From Bacteroidales bacterium (GTDB lineage: Bacteria > Bacteroidota > Bacteroidia > Bacteroidales > FEN-979): DNA of 64,000 nt. Below the pieces are notes generated by a model. The model saw nothing but the letters and a program-made list of their open reading frames with translations. It was not told the DNA's origin and made no database searches. A program made the translations under genes and the position numbers. Of this stretch, positions 1-9,928 are shown piece after piece (the stretch's first letter is position 1; each line of letters begins with the position of its first letter). The DNA is taken from the NCBI GenBank assembly GCA_038212325.1, contig JBBQUQ010000001.1, positions 8,339-72,338 on the forward strand, read 5' to 3'.

Positions 1-142
1 GTTTCCAGTTGGCGATGGGGTTGAAATCCTTTACCACAAACTGGTCACTCTCCACCTCCGGAGACCTTGGGGGCTGTCCGCAGGAATTGAGAAAAACGGG
101 TAGAAACAGAATGAGGAGAAAATACCTGGGCGAAAAGTTCAT
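1..142 (-). CDS. lipoprotein, N-terminal fragment (gene runs off the window start)
   Basis: The minus-strand ATG at 142-140 opens MNFSPRYFLLILFLPVFLNSCGQPP..., a hydrophobic signal plus lipobox L-N-S-C. It lies 10 nt downstream of the stop of the 153-1934 gene and stays open to position 1. It is too short for the ORF track. Confidence 0.45.
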   Translation of the reverse strand, partial: MNFSPRYFLLILFLPVFLNSCGQPPRSPEVESDQFVVKDFNPIANWK

Positions 143-152
143 GAAACAGCAG

Positions 153-1934
153 TTATTTGTTAACCGGAAGCGCATAGATTTGGACAAAATCGGGAAGCAA
201 CGACTGGTACTGCCTCGATTTTGACACATGGCCGATGGCAATTATTGAAACTTCGGAAGCATTCAGGAAACACCCCGGAACGAGCTTCAGCGATTCATAA
301 TACTTGGGGTTCTGGTCCTTCGCATAGCCGTGAAAATCAACTCCCGACAGGATGGTGAACGCAGTGTCGCTGAACCTGATCTCTTTCAGGTCGAAGCGCC
401 AATCACGGTTATAGCGGAATATGGCCGTTTTGTTGTCATTCCCCGGTACCGCGAAAAACTGGTCAGTTGGTTTCAGGGTGTCGAGTCCATGTGTTTTTCC
501 GACGTACCCCTGCTTTTCATTGAACAAGGGGTCCCATTTGTTCGCGGCAGCGTTCAATTTCCGCAGAGAGTAAGCATATCTCCCGTCGGATTTGTTCCTT
601 GTTACCGTCAAAACCACATCCATTGCCTGTGATGGATAAAACCGTCCCACCGAAATGCCAATTTCCTGTTTTCCCCGGTCCCACTCGTTGAGGGGGCTGC
701 CTTCGTCCCGTGATATAACTTTCCAGGCACCGCCCGATTTCCTGTCAGGTTCAAATGACATCACTTTCCACGAACCGTTGCCGGCAACGGAGAGGATTTC
801 GGAACGACCGTCGCCATTGAAATCGCCTGCAAAGAGAGAACCTTCAGGGATTTCTGATTTCCATAAGAATTGCAGACTGGCTTGCAGGTTGCCGGCGCCG
901 GTGCAAAGTTTTTCAGGCAAACTGACCACACCAACCGCCCAGCCCTTGTCACCTGCCAGGATCAGCTGATCCTCCCGGCTGGTGAGAAAGTTGCCCTTCA
1001 GGATTTTCTTCACGGTGCCAACGGCCGTCAATCCGGCCGGGTTACTCAGCGTGGCCTTCAGGAACTTGCGAAGCTCGGTGCAATAGGCGTAGGAGGTCAG
1101 CCTTCCATCTTTCCCGATAACGACGAGCCCATCTTTGCCTGTTCCGAAAAAATTTCCTGCAATGAAGAGATCACCGGGGCCAATATCCGCGGGATTAATC
1201 GGTTTGTCTGTCGGTTGCATTTCAAGCATTGAGACCGGAAACGGCGGATAATTCAATTTCGCGACATAGCCGGCAGGCTTGGTCATGTCAACCCGGGCCG
1301 AGTCGCCGCGGCGGTCGACTGCTCCGCCAAATGCGATGAAATAATCATCGATCAGGATATCGGTGCTGCTGTTGTTCCAGAAATAGACCTGGATTTTATA
1401 CCCTGGCTTAAATGCGACAGGTGTAAGGTCGAGGTATTTGCTTATTTTAAACCATTTTCCGCGGGGAACTTCAGGCTCAACCACTGCGGCGCTCTCCCAG
1501 CATACATTGACGCCAACTTGATTGGACGCGGTAAAAACAAGATGCCCTTTCACCTCCGTGGTTGTCGGGAACACATAAATCCAGGCACTGATCGCAACAG
1601 CTTTCAGGTTTTCGAGGCCGATCTCACTGGCTGTCCGCTCAACGGCCACACTGAAACTGTTCTGGCCAAACGCCTTTACCGAGTACTGACCCGAGTGCGC
1701 CAGCCCTTTGTAGAACCTGGCAGGCACCTCCTTACCGGCGGCAACCTCGAAATCATAATAGAGGGTATGCGGCGACTGGTTGTGGACCTTTTCAGGGTCT
1801 GAAAACTCCTTTTCAGGTGCTGCCGGCATTTTCACCACCCGGGCAAAGGGGAAGTATTTCAGCCCCACGGCAAGGATGACAATGGAAAAAAACAACATCA
1901 GGCTGAAGAGCAGCCTCTTATTTCTTTTACTCAT
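153..1934 (-). CDS. membrane-anchored FG-GAP/VCBS-repeat protein with an N-terminal beta-sandwich (CBM-like) domain
   Basis: 593-aa ORF. The N-terminal TM anchor is LLFSLMLFFSIVILAVGL. FG-GAP-like repeats include FAGDFNGDGRSEILSV and FIAGNFFGTGKDGLVVIG. Residues ~55-205 resemble domains in the 12766-14550 and 14560-15138 products. Confidence 0.7.
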   Translation of the reverse strand: MSKRNKRLLFSLMLFFSIVILAVGLKYFPFARVVKMPAAPEKEFSDPEKVHNQSPHTLYYDFEVAAGKEVPARFYKGLAHSGQYSVKAFGQNSFSVAVERTASEIGLENLKAVAISAWIYVFPTTTEVKGHLVFTASNQVGVNVCWESAAVVEPEVPRGKWFKISKYLDLTPVAFKPGYKIQVYFWNNSSTDILIDDYFIAFGGAVDRRGDSARVDMTKPAGYVAKLNYPPFPVSMLEMQPTDKPINPADIGPGDLFIAGNFFGTGKDGLVVIGKDGRLTSYAYCTELRKFLKATLSNPAGLTAVGTVKKILKGNFLTSREDQLILAGDKGWAVGVVSLPEKLCTGAGNLQASLQFLWKSEIPEGSLFAGDFNGDGRSEILSVAGNGSWKVMSFEPDRKSGGAWKVISRDEGSPLNEWDRGKQEIGISVGRFYPSQAMDVVLTVTRNKSDGRYAYSLRKLNAAANKWDPLFNEKQGYVGKTHGLDTLKPTDQFFAVPGNDNKTAIFRYNRDWRFDLKEIRFSDTAFTILSGVDFHGYAKDQNPKYYESLKLVPGCFLNASEVSIIAIGHVSKSRQYQSLLPDFVQIYALPVNK

Positions 1935-1944
1935 GCTTCAGCGG

Positions 1945-4900
1945 TTAGCGGATCACGATCATTTTCAGGCTCCCCGCGTAATCACCCGCCTTCATGCGGC
2001 AGGTGTAAACGCCGGCAGGAACCCGCCGCCCCCCGTTATCATTTCCATCCCACGTCTGCAGATGCGATCCTGGCTTCACGGCGTCGAGTTTCCAGGAACG
2101 AAGCATTGATCCCTGGAGGGAATAGATTTCCATGGTCACGTCAGCAACCGACGACAGATCATACTGAATCTGTGTTTCAGCAGAAAACGGGTTAGGAAAA
2201 ATGCCACGGAGACCGGTCGCCGTATTGGGTTCGAGGTCGCCGGCATCAACCGGGAAGGTGACATGCAGCGTTACAGGGATCACAAATTTGTTGTTGTATG
2301 AATCGCGCGCAACCAGGCTGCAGTGGTAGGTGTCGGGCACCAGGCCGGCCGCACTGATATTTACGAGGACGGTTCCTGTTTGGTTGTTCATCAGGCTTCC
2401 GGTGCTTCCTGATAACGAAACCCAGGAGTTTGCCAGGCCGTAATTCATGATCTTCACACTGCCGGGCAGCGCATGGGTCAAGGCTCCGATACTGTCGCCA
2501 CGCAATTGGTAAACCACAAAAATATCATTCATGAAGGCTTCGCCAATGGTACCTGTCAGGGTGGCAGTAGCAGTTTCTCCCGGTTTCAGCACACCCCTGC
2601 CCCCGGGGGTTTCGCCATGCCAGTTGAGGGATGCACCGTTGCCGGGAGTACCCTGGAAGGATAACTCCCCCAGTGAGCCTCCCGAAAAATTGGTGGCACC
2701 GGCAACCTCCACGCCGGGAGGAAAATCAAATTTGATGTGTTTGATGTATTCATTGTCGCCACTCAGGTTATGCACGCTGAAATTCCAGCTGAAAGCCTGC
2801 CCGGGCACGAACCCCTCGTTGCTGCAGGTAACGGTCGATCCCATGAGGTTATCGGTGCCGTAATCCTTTTTATTGGCGGTGGTATCAAAAACAAGCACCG
2901 AGTAATTCATGATCCCGCCTCCCAGGTTGGTGATATACAGCGGTTCTGTAGTGTCATGTCCGGTAACCAACGTTTTTTCAAACGAAAGCGGCGTAACCGA
3001 CAGCACAGGAACAGCGCCATCCATCAGCGGCAGCCTGATAAAATCGAGCAAGCATCCGTCCCACCCTGCGGCTACCGAGTAGTCTTTATGATATACCCAT
3101 GAAAACCGGTGAATGCCTGCTGTAACTGGAAAGGTCTCTTTGCTCCATGTTATTACGCCGTCCCATCTGCCCATTTCAAACCCATCGATAAAAAATGCCA
3201 GGTAGTCATAATTTTTACTGCCGCTGGGATCATATTCGCAGGATACATATTTATAGAAACTGATTTCGCCATCGGCCAGTATCCTGGCCGAAATGTTCAG
3301 GATGCTTTCGGCATTGTCGGTCACGGTGCCCGACCGTGAGCTGTAGGAACCCTCATACTTCACGCCGGTTTCAATGATCCAGGGCCACTGGCCTGTGCCG
3401 AACCAGGGGAACTTATTGAAATTGCCTGTTTCAAAATCCTCCACAATCTCCCCCGAAAACAGGTAGAGGGTGTCGGTATCGGCAAAGTTATTGTTTGCCG
3501 CAAGGTCTGACTTGATTTCAAAAATATGTTCCATCGGGGCCGAGCTGCCCGCCGTTGCATGAAAGACAACAGTCTTTGATGAATCCGGCTTCAGCTGGCT
3601 GATATTTGCTGAGTTCACGGTGAAGTTCAGGTTGGTGTCGAGCGATGTCAGCATGATGTTGATGGACGAAGCTTTTGCACTTCCTGAATTTTTATAGGTA
3701 AGGAGCATGTCGGCGCTCTCGCCCGGATCGGGTCTTCCGTTGTCGCCATCGGCAAACTCGGTACGGGTGATCCGGAAAACCGGTGCATGGGCCAACATTT
3801 CAATCGGCCGTTGAAACGTCTGCTCCTGCGACTGAACATGGAGCATCACGATAAACGAGTGGTTATCGGGCACGTCTGGCGACACCATAAATGCAAAAGC
3901 GTTCGCCAGCGCCAGGGTTTGACCGCCTGCGATCGAAGCCACGGTTTCCAAACTGTCGAGCAGTGTGATATACGGATCTGTTTCAGTTATCGAGAAACTG
4001 AGATTATTCATCGCCTGGCTGCCAATATTGTTGAGGCTGAGGGAGATGTTGGCAGTTTCACCGAATTCGATGAGGCTGTCGCCGCCGGATGTGACGGTTT
4101 GATTGACCAGCAAGCCAACCGTATTGAATAGCAGCACCTTGGTTGAGGAAATATTGTTGTTGTCGGTTACCCTGAATTTAACCGGCAGGTTCTGGTATGA
4201 ATAGGTAGGCGTGCCGGTGAAATGTCCATCTTCAGTGATTTGCATTTCGGGAGGAAACCCGCAGGTGGAAAATTTATCAAGGGTGTTGGATGTGATGGAA
4301 GGTGCATTATGGAGACCAGAAAACTGGTAGTTTTTGTTATCTCCTGACGAGAGCCCCCCGGTCCAGGCGGTGCCTGGCGGATAGGTCATATCGCCGTAAT
4401 AATACTCGATGGTTCCGTTGGGATAGAGCTTCACGGCAAAATTCAGGGTGGTACTGGTTTGCATGCCCGCCAGGGAGGCTTTCCACCTGAAAATCGCGTA
4501 ATTTGCATTGCCTTCATACCAGACCCCCTGCGACGACGAAGGGTAAATGGTGAGATCGGTCATGAAGGGCGAAATAATGCCGGTCTGCTTGAACAACAGC
4601 ATTTTATCAACCAGGTAAGGCCAGGTATAGGGCTGATCGTCGAACACGATGTAGCCATCGGCATAGACATAGACCTTATTGATGCTTTTTTGATAGTACG
4701 GGAAGTTGAACCCAAGGGTCTTGATGGCGAAACCGCTGTTATTGCTGGTAAGTGTCAACTGCTGGGCCGTAACCGCAGGGAATGCGGCGGGAAGGCTCAT
4801 TTCGGGATATTCGAGCTTGACATCCCAGAGGTATGGCGGGGTTCCGCTTGTTGCATTAAGTGTGGCATTATAAGGCTGGTACAATTGGGCCGGCGGCAAT

Positions 4901-6369
4901 GCAGCATTGGTGATGGATGGTTTGACAATGTTCAGCGTGTAGTTCTGGCTCAGGCGCGTCAGGCTGTTATTCTGCAGCGGCACGTTTGATGACGGGTAAT
5001 TGGTTGTGACTGCCGGGGTAACGGTATAATCAATGATCGCCCAGTTGACGATCTCCCCCGGTGCATTTCCCACTGGATCGGTTTCCTGCACCTGCAGAAA
5101 ATATTTCGCCGGCTGACCGCTGGTGATCTGGCTGATGAGCGGCGCCAGGTCAAGTCCGAACTCAATGGTTTTGTCGGCTTCCGTCGATCCGCCCTGCATA
5201 TACTGGTCGCCTCCCTGGTTATTGAAAATCGGAAATTCCAGGACATAGGAAGGCACGGTGGCGGCCATGTCGGTGTTCACGCCGGCCGTGACTTTGATCT
5301 TGTTCCTCGATGTATGCTTCAGTGTGACCTTCATGGTTAGCTGCGGGGTGCAGGTGGTTTTCACATCGAGCACATAGATGGTATGGTTCCAAATGCCGCC
5401 ATACCCCATGTTGTCGGCCAGGTTTTTATACATCGTGTAGCAAAAGCCGCTGTTGCACCAGCCTGTTCCGGCATAGCCATTGGCAAATTTCAACCCGCCC
5501 TTTTCCCAGTCGTGCATGTCGACAACGCCGTCGCTGTTGATGTCGATGTTGTTGGTGTACTGGCCATCGCCGTTGAAATCGTAACGGATGGAATCGTTGT
5601 ACCCGCAGATGGTCCAGCCATGCGAAGGACTTCCGCCCCAAAACGTCTGTACATATTTCCCGGCTTCCGGGGTGCCGGCAGGCAACAGTGCGACCGGTGG
5701 TCCGAAGTATTGTGCGTATATGTTGCCGACTCCGCCAACCGGCGATCCTTCAAGATGGTCGAGCAGCCAATATTTCAGCGTTTGCAATCCCTCGGGGGTA
5801 TCCACGCGGATACCCTTCACCGAATTCAACCGGTTGAACATCCCGTTGTAGTAAACATTGTAGCCCGAAATCCATCTTTTATACCCCCCGGTGTTGAGTC
5901 CCCCGCCGTAATCGACCACATTCATGTTTCCGCATGCCTTCACGATTTCCCAGGAGTCGAAAAAGCTGGCCCCGGTGTAGTTGTCGGCATTGTTCAGGAA
6001 ATCCCAGGTAAAATGGGTCGGATACTGGTTCGCGGGCAGGTTGGCAGCGAGCCCGCGCCGGCGGTCAACCTCATAGGTGAAATTGAAGGCAATGCCCGAC
6101 GATTGGCCGCATTCATAGCCCGATTGCGAAGTAATCGGCCTGAAAAACGGATTGGTGGAGTTGTCAACGCTTGTTGGCAGCAGCGGGGCATCAGCGCCCT
6201 GGTACGAGGCGGGCAACTTCAGTTCGGGGATGTTCGACAGCACAAAAAGTTCGTCGGGGGTGAGCGAAACCGGTTCAAGTCCCTTCTGGTAGGGCAGGTT
6301 CTGCGAAAAACTTACAGATCCGTAAAAAAAACTGAATCCAAGAATGAAACAAACGGCGATGTTTTTCAT
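1945..6369 (-). CDS. 1474-aa T9SS-secreted multidomain protein with an N-terminal papain-like (clan CA, C1-like) cysteine peptidase domain
   Basis: Signal peptide MKNIAVCFILGFSFFYGSVSFS. Papain-like residue order: Q82/C87 (SQSGYECGQSSGIAF), H250 (SHGWTICGYND), N297 (ANGYAGTGWCNSGF, compare papain NSWGTGWGENGY). An internal DFETGNF...LLDFIRLP jelly-roll domain is present. The last ~85 aa form a T9SS C-terminal sorting domain (FPNPFSAETQIQYDL...GVYTCRMKAG...KMIVIR). Confidence 0.8.
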   Translation of the reverse strand: MKNIAVCFILGFSFFYGSVSFSQNLPYQKGLEPVSLTPDELFVLSNIPELKLPASYQGADAPLLPTSVDNSTNPFFRPITSQSGYECGQSSGIAFNFTYEVDRRRGLAANLPANQYPTHFTWDFLNNADNYTGASFFDSWEIVKACGNMNVVDYGGGLNTGGYKRWISGYNVYYNGMFNRLNSVKGIRVDTPEGLQTLKYWLLDHLEGSPVGGVGNIYAQYFGPPVALLPAGTPEAGKYVQTFWGGSPSHGWTICGYNDSIRYDFNGDGQYTNNIDINSDGVVDMHDWEKGGLKFANGYAGTGWCNSGFCYTMYKNLADNMGYGGIWNHTIYVLDVKTTCTPQLTMKVTLKHTSRNKIKVTAGVNTDMAATVPSYVLEFPIFNNQGGDQYMQGGSTEADKTIEFGLDLAPLISQITSGQPAKYFLQVQETDPVGNAPGEIVNWAIIDYTVTPAVTTNYPSSNVPLQNNSLTRLSQNYTLNIVKPSITNAALPPAQLYQPYNATLNATSGTPPYLWDVKLEYPEMSLPAAFPAVTAQQLTLTSNNSGFAIKTLGFNFPYYQKSINKVYVYADGYIVFDDQPYTWPYLVDKMLLFKQTGIISPFMTDLTIYPSSSQGVWYEGNANYAIFRWKASLAGMQTSTTLNFAVKLYPNGTIEYYYGDMTYPPGTAWTGGLSSGDNKNYQFSGLHNAPSITSNTLDKFSTCGFPPEMQITEDGHFTGTPTYSYQNLPVKFRVTDNNNISSTKVLLFNTVGLLVNQTVTSGGDSLIEFGETANISLSLNNIGSQAMNNLSFSITETDPYITLLDSLETVASIAGGQTLALANAFAFMVSPDVPDNHSFIVMLHVQSQEQTFQRPIEMLAHAPVFRITRTEFADGDNGRPDPGESADMLLTYKNSGSAKASSINIMLTSLDTNLNFTVNSANISQLKPDSSKTVVFHATAGSSAPMEHIFEIKSDLAANNNFADTDTLYLFSGEIVEDFETGNFNKFPWFGTGQWPWIIETGVKYEGSYSSRSGTVTDNAESILNISARILADGEISFYKYVSCEYDPSGSKNYDYLAFFIDGFEMGRWDGVITWSKETFPVTAGIHRFSWVYHKDYSVAAGWDGCLLDFIRLPLMDGAVPVLSVTPLSFEKTLVTGHDTTEPLYITNLGGGIMNYSVLVFDTTANKKDYGTDNLMGSTVTCSNEGFVPGQAFSWNFSVHNLSGDNEYIKHIKFDFPPGVEVAGATNFSGGSLGELSFQGTPGNGASLNWHGETPGGRGVLKPGETATATLTGTIGEAFMNDIFVVYQLRGDSIGALTHALPGSVKIMNYGLANSWVSLSGSTGSLMNNQTGTVLVNISAAGLVPDTYHCSLVARDSYNNKFVIPVTLHVTFPVDAGDLEPNTATGLRGIFPNPFSAETQIQYDLSSVADVTMEIYSLQGSMLRSWKLDAVKPGSHLQTWDGNDNGGRRVPAGVYTCRMKAGDYAGSLKMIVIR

Positions 6370-6398
6370 GGTGCTGATGTTATTGAGGCATTACAAAT

Positions 6399-7862
6399 TT
6401 AGCGATTCTTTTTATACTGATCGTAAGAATAGATGGCATCCAGCAAAAGCATCGAATCGAGGCTGATCTTCAGCCTGTCAGCCTTTTTTCTGACCTGGTC
6501 CAGCCAATCCGCATTGTTTTTTATATCGAAGGTGAGATGGTACACGGTATCCCAGTAATTTTTACCCTGGTAACTATCGAAATTTGTATAAAAAGAGTAC
6601 CCTGCGTCCCCCCGAATCATTTCCTCGAGGGTTCTGCCCTCAAGTTTTGCCTTATTTACCATGAACCGGAACCATTCGCGGTCGTTCCTCATCTCGTTTT
6701 CAATTCCGTAGATCACCGGATCTTTGATTTCGGGGTGAAAGGCCAGGAACGCCTCATCGGCGAAATTCCAGAAACCGCAGTGAAGGTTTATCTCCGAGAC
6801 CATCAGAAGGACTACATCGAACTTTCCCAGTTTTTCGCGGAGATTGGATTTGTCGACATACTGTGGGGGGTTGTTATTGTGGTAGGGATAGACTTTTTTG
6901 TTGTAATACCAGTAATCCTGCGATTTAAACAGGTGCCGGCCATATTTCTCCACAATGTTGATGTAGTAGCTGTCGGCAATCACCAGGGCCGCCAGGGAAG
7001 CGGTTTTCGAGGTGTCGAATGAAATTGCCGGGTAACCGCCCGCGGTCGGTTTGAGAGGACATGCAAGGTTCAGCAACTCCCCAATGTCGTTGTCGGTGCC
7101 GACCGGCGTTGGAGAGCTGATGATTTTGCCCGTCACAAACCCGGGAACAATCTGACCTGTCGCTGCTTCTATGGTCTTCCGGAGGGTATCCACCGCATAT
7201 GGCACACCGTAAATGCTCCAGTGCATGCCGTATCGCGGAAAAAGAGGATATCGCGACGTATCTTTCATCTGAAGGAACCAACTGTTCAGATCGAGGAAAG
7301 GGATTCCCAGGTCGCGGCAATGCTGCACAAAATAGTCGTAATTCGTTACGGTACGCTTAACCGGGTGAAAACGGGCGGGAATGAATTCAGGATAAAAACT
7401 CGCTTTGCCGGGCTCAAAAACAAGCAGCAGGGGAATATGATGCGCCTTCAGGCTGTCCATCACATTCTGCAGGCGCGACAGTTTCCTGTCGATGACCGAC
7501 TTCCCGATGTAATAATCACCGGTATATTCATGAATGTAATCCTCCTCGTACAAGTACCGGTGCTTTCCCTGGATGAATCCTTCGGCATGGATCATCCGGA
7601 AGAGGCTGTAGTCAAATTGGTTGCTGAGGCGGATGAGCGAATTGCGGAAACCTGCGCCGGCATTGATGCGCCGGGTGAATTCATCCTGGAAACCGGCAGA
7701 AAACCACCTTCGCCAGGTAAACAGCTTCAGCGAAGGAGGTTCAGCCTTTGTGTAGAAGCCCTTCAACCGGGGTTCTTTGATAACGTTAACCGCCAACTGC
7801 AGGGCTGGTGCAGAAAGTATAACAAGGATCAGTACAACAAGTATGATCTTTGACGTTCGCAT
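6399..7862 (-). CDS. AlgX/AlgJ-like (SGNH-like) putative O-acyltransferase partner, membrane-anchored
   Basis: The ORF-track start at 7910 is GTG. The ATG at 7862 gives MRTSKIILVVLILVILSAP, a TM anchor like its paralog. An H-W motif (YGMHWSIYG) precedes an ADSYY motif, the same order as DxHW...GDS in AlgX/AlgJ. It is a paralog of 11390-12688 and sits beside an MBOAT gene. Confidence 0.6.
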   Translation of the reverse strand: MRTSKIILVVLILVILSAPALQLAVNVIKEPRLKGFYTKAEPPSLKLFTWRRWFSAGFQDEFTRRINAGAGFRNSLIRLSNQFDYSLFRMIHAEGFIQGKHRYLYEEDYIHEYTGDYYIGKSVIDRKLSRLQNVMDSLKAHHIPLLLVFEPGKASFYPEFIPARFHPVKRTVTNYDYFVQHCRDLGIPFLDLNSWFLQMKDTSRYPLFPRYGMHWSIYGVPYAVDTLRKTIEAATGQIVPGFVTGKIISSPTPVGTDNDIGELLNLACPLKPTAGGYPAISFDTSKTASLAALVIADSYYINIVEKYGRHLFKSQDYWYYNKKVYPYHNNNPPQYVDKSNLREKLGKFDVVLLMVSEINLHCGFWNFADEAFLAFHPEIKDPVIYGIENEMRNDREWFRFMVNKAKLEGRTLEEMIRGDAGYSFYTNFDSYQGKNYWDTVYHLTFDIKNNADWLDQVRKKADRLKISLDSMLLLDAIYSYDQYKKNR

Positions 7863-7927
7863 AAACCCGGGAAGGTTGTTGAATTCTCTCACAAAGTTAA
7901 AATATTTCACTGCCCGCCTGTTTTCCG

Positions 7928-9868
7928 TTAAAGGTAAAACACCTCCAGGCTGGTATTGATAAAATTTGACACATGAATGCTTTCTATGATCATCGGCGGA
8001 CCTTCGATGGTGAAAATTGTTGCAGGGTCGTTCAATTTCAGGTTATAGACCACAAATTCCACATATTCGCCGGGATCAAATTCGCCATGAATGTGGTTTA
8101 TTTTCAACTTGTTTTTCTCAAGCGGGTTAACCGGCTTTACTTTTAAGGTAACCGTAAAGTACTTGTACTTCGAATAGTACTCAACCAGTATTTTTTCGGA
8201 AACAGAATCGATCCGGGTATCGTTTGCGCCGGGCTGCTTCAACTGAGCGATGGCCAGCAGGGCATCGTCCGATTTATCAGCCTGGTTGTACATGATCCGA
8301 TAGCAGGGTTGCTGCGATTGTTTCGCCTGGCTCAGGAAAGCGCTGTCATTATAAAAAATGAACTGTGAAATGCCGGATTTGGCGGCAACGTAATGACTCC
8401 ATTCAAAGTTCTGTACCGTCAACCCACTGGCCTGGGTCGACGGATTATACCACAAATCTGCTCCGTACATCAGCGATGGCTGCGGAATGATTTTAAATTT
8501 ATCCGACTTCACCATTTCATCCATCGCATATAACCGGGTGCTGGCACGGTCAATGTCGCGGGTCACATAATAATTCGAAAAATCGGTGAGAAAGCTGCAC
8601 AGAACAAATCCGGCGGAAAGCACCAGCGCTGTTGCATGCCGCACGAGGGTGAAGGTTCCGGTAAAATTAAGCAAAAATGCCGTCAGGAGGGTGAGGAAAA
8701 GCACCACCCCGAACAAGGAAAAGAAGGTGGTTACATATCCCAGCATGTTTTGGGTTGTTACGTAAAAAGTGTATTTCACCGTTAATGCCAGGGGGATATG
8801 GGGGAAAAAGGTCATCATTGCTGCGAGTAAAGCCCCGGCCAGCAATGTTCTCCAGGCGATTTTCGGCATCCTGACCAGCAGGTACCAGCTCATGCCGAAA
8901 ACCAGGACGCCCTTGACGATCCATTCGACCCGGGCACGGGCAACGAGGTACGGTACGATGTTATGATAGCCGCCGATCATCTCGGATGTTTTCGCGAACA
9001 GGTCGTGGGTTGCATCATAAACCGTCAATGGGATCGCGGTGTACGATAATTTCCATAAAACAGTGAAAAATGAGTTAAGGATCGTGGCGGTGTCGGCCAT
9101 CTTATTCCCTTCATAACGCGTCGGGTGGGCATGGCTGTAGAGGATATACACGGTTAAATAAGAGATCGCGACTACCAGGAAAGGCAGGATTTGCCAGGCA
9201 ACCTTCTTCACCAACGGCAACCCTCGGTTTCCGCCGGTGAAGCTGTTATAGATGACAGCAAGGAAGACGAACACGATAAACAGGATGTACATCTCAAAAA
9301 ACAGCAAGCCCAGGGCAAACAGCATGGCAGAGCCCGCCAGTGCCCAATAATTTTTCGTTCGCTGAAAACGATGAAGCAGCAGGTACGAGAGCAGGAGGAT
9401 GGAGAACGAAAAAGAAAAGAAAAACGGGTAGTTGACAAACAGGCTGGTATGACGCGAAACCTGCGCCGTTACAAAAAACAACATCACGAAAAAGGCCGAC
9501 AGATCCTTCGATTTTGTAAGGATCAGCACCACACGGTAAAACAGGCAGAGCGATACCAGGATAGGGACGACCTGGAATAGTTTTATCACGAAAATATTAT
9601 CCCAGGCAAAAGGGATGCTTTGAATGGGAAGGGTGATGATGTATTGAAACCGGCCATGCATTTCGGCGAGGAGCACTGCATTTGTAAAAACCTTGTCAAG
9701 CCGTGTCACCAGGTAGCTGGCCATGTCGTCGCCACACGCCAGTCCGGTGTTAAACAACGGGTAAACGGAAATGATCGCAATGGTGATGAAGGCAAGATAA
9801 TAGAAAACGCTGGTGTTCCAGGTTATTTTGTCTTTGAGAAGAAACCGGCCTGCTTTTTTTATATCCAT
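7928..9868 (-). CDS. polytopic membrane protein, GT-C-like (YfhO/ArnT/PMT-style) putative glycosyltransferase with a C-terminal soluble domain
   Basis: The first ~430 aa are highly hydrophobic with many predicted TM helices. The first loop after TM1 carries the acidic motif CGDDMASY. A ~200-aa C-terminal non-membrane domain follows. ATG at 9868 (the track start at 9874 is TTG). Confidence 0.55.
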   Translation of the reverse strand: MDIKKAGRFLLKDKITWNTSVFYYLAFITIAIISVYPLFNTGLACGDDMASYLVTRLDKVFTNAVLLAEMHGRFQYIITLPIQSIPFAWDNIFVIKLFQVVPILVSLCLFYRVVLILTKSKDLSAFFVMLFFVTAQVSRHTSLFVNYPFFFSFSFSILLLSYLLLHRFQRTKNYWALAGSAMLFALGLLFFEMYILFIVFVFLAVIYNSFTGGNRGLPLVKKVAWQILPFLVVAISYLTVYILYSHAHPTRYEGNKMADTATILNSFFTVLWKLSYTAIPLTVYDATHDLFAKTSEMIGGYHNIVPYLVARARVEWIVKGVLVFGMSWYLLVRMPKIAWRTLLAGALLAAMMTFFPHIPLALTVKYTFYVTTQNMLGYVTTFFSLFGVVLFLTLLTAFLLNFTGTFTLVRHATALVLSAGFVLCSFLTDFSNYYVTRDIDRASTRLYAMDEMVKSDKFKIIPQPSLMYGADLWYNPSTQASGLTVQNFEWSHYVAAKSGISQFIFYNDSAFLSQAKQSQQPCYRIMYNQADKSDDALLAIAQLKQPGANDTRIDSVSEKILVEYYSKYKYFTVTLKVKPVNPLEKNKLKINHIHGEFDPGEYVEFVVYNLKLNDPATIFTIEGPPMIIESIHVSNFINTSLEVFYL

Positions 9869-9928
9869 GATCAAATTGGTTTAATTTCAGGTTTTAAAAA
9901 TCGTTGGATTCATTCATTCCATATACGG

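Noticed and set aside
9-224. A 71-aa plus-strand ORF at the window start.
   Set aside because: It is antisense to the lipoprotein fragment and the 3' end of the FG-GAP gene, and it has no recognisable features.
5383-6402. A 339-aa plus-strand ORF antisense to the 1474-aa T9SS gene. Similar long shadow ORFs occur at 16693-17610, 17665-18273, 41590-42420, 40615-41358, 44536-45195, 48704-49309, 53016-53570, 58765-59364, 60711-61226, 61993-62508 and 12053-12715.
   Set aside because: Each lies entirely inside a gene on the opposite strand that has clear family motifs. Their translations are low-complexity (Gly/Val/Arg/His-rich) with no recognisable domains. These are typical antisense shadow ORFs.
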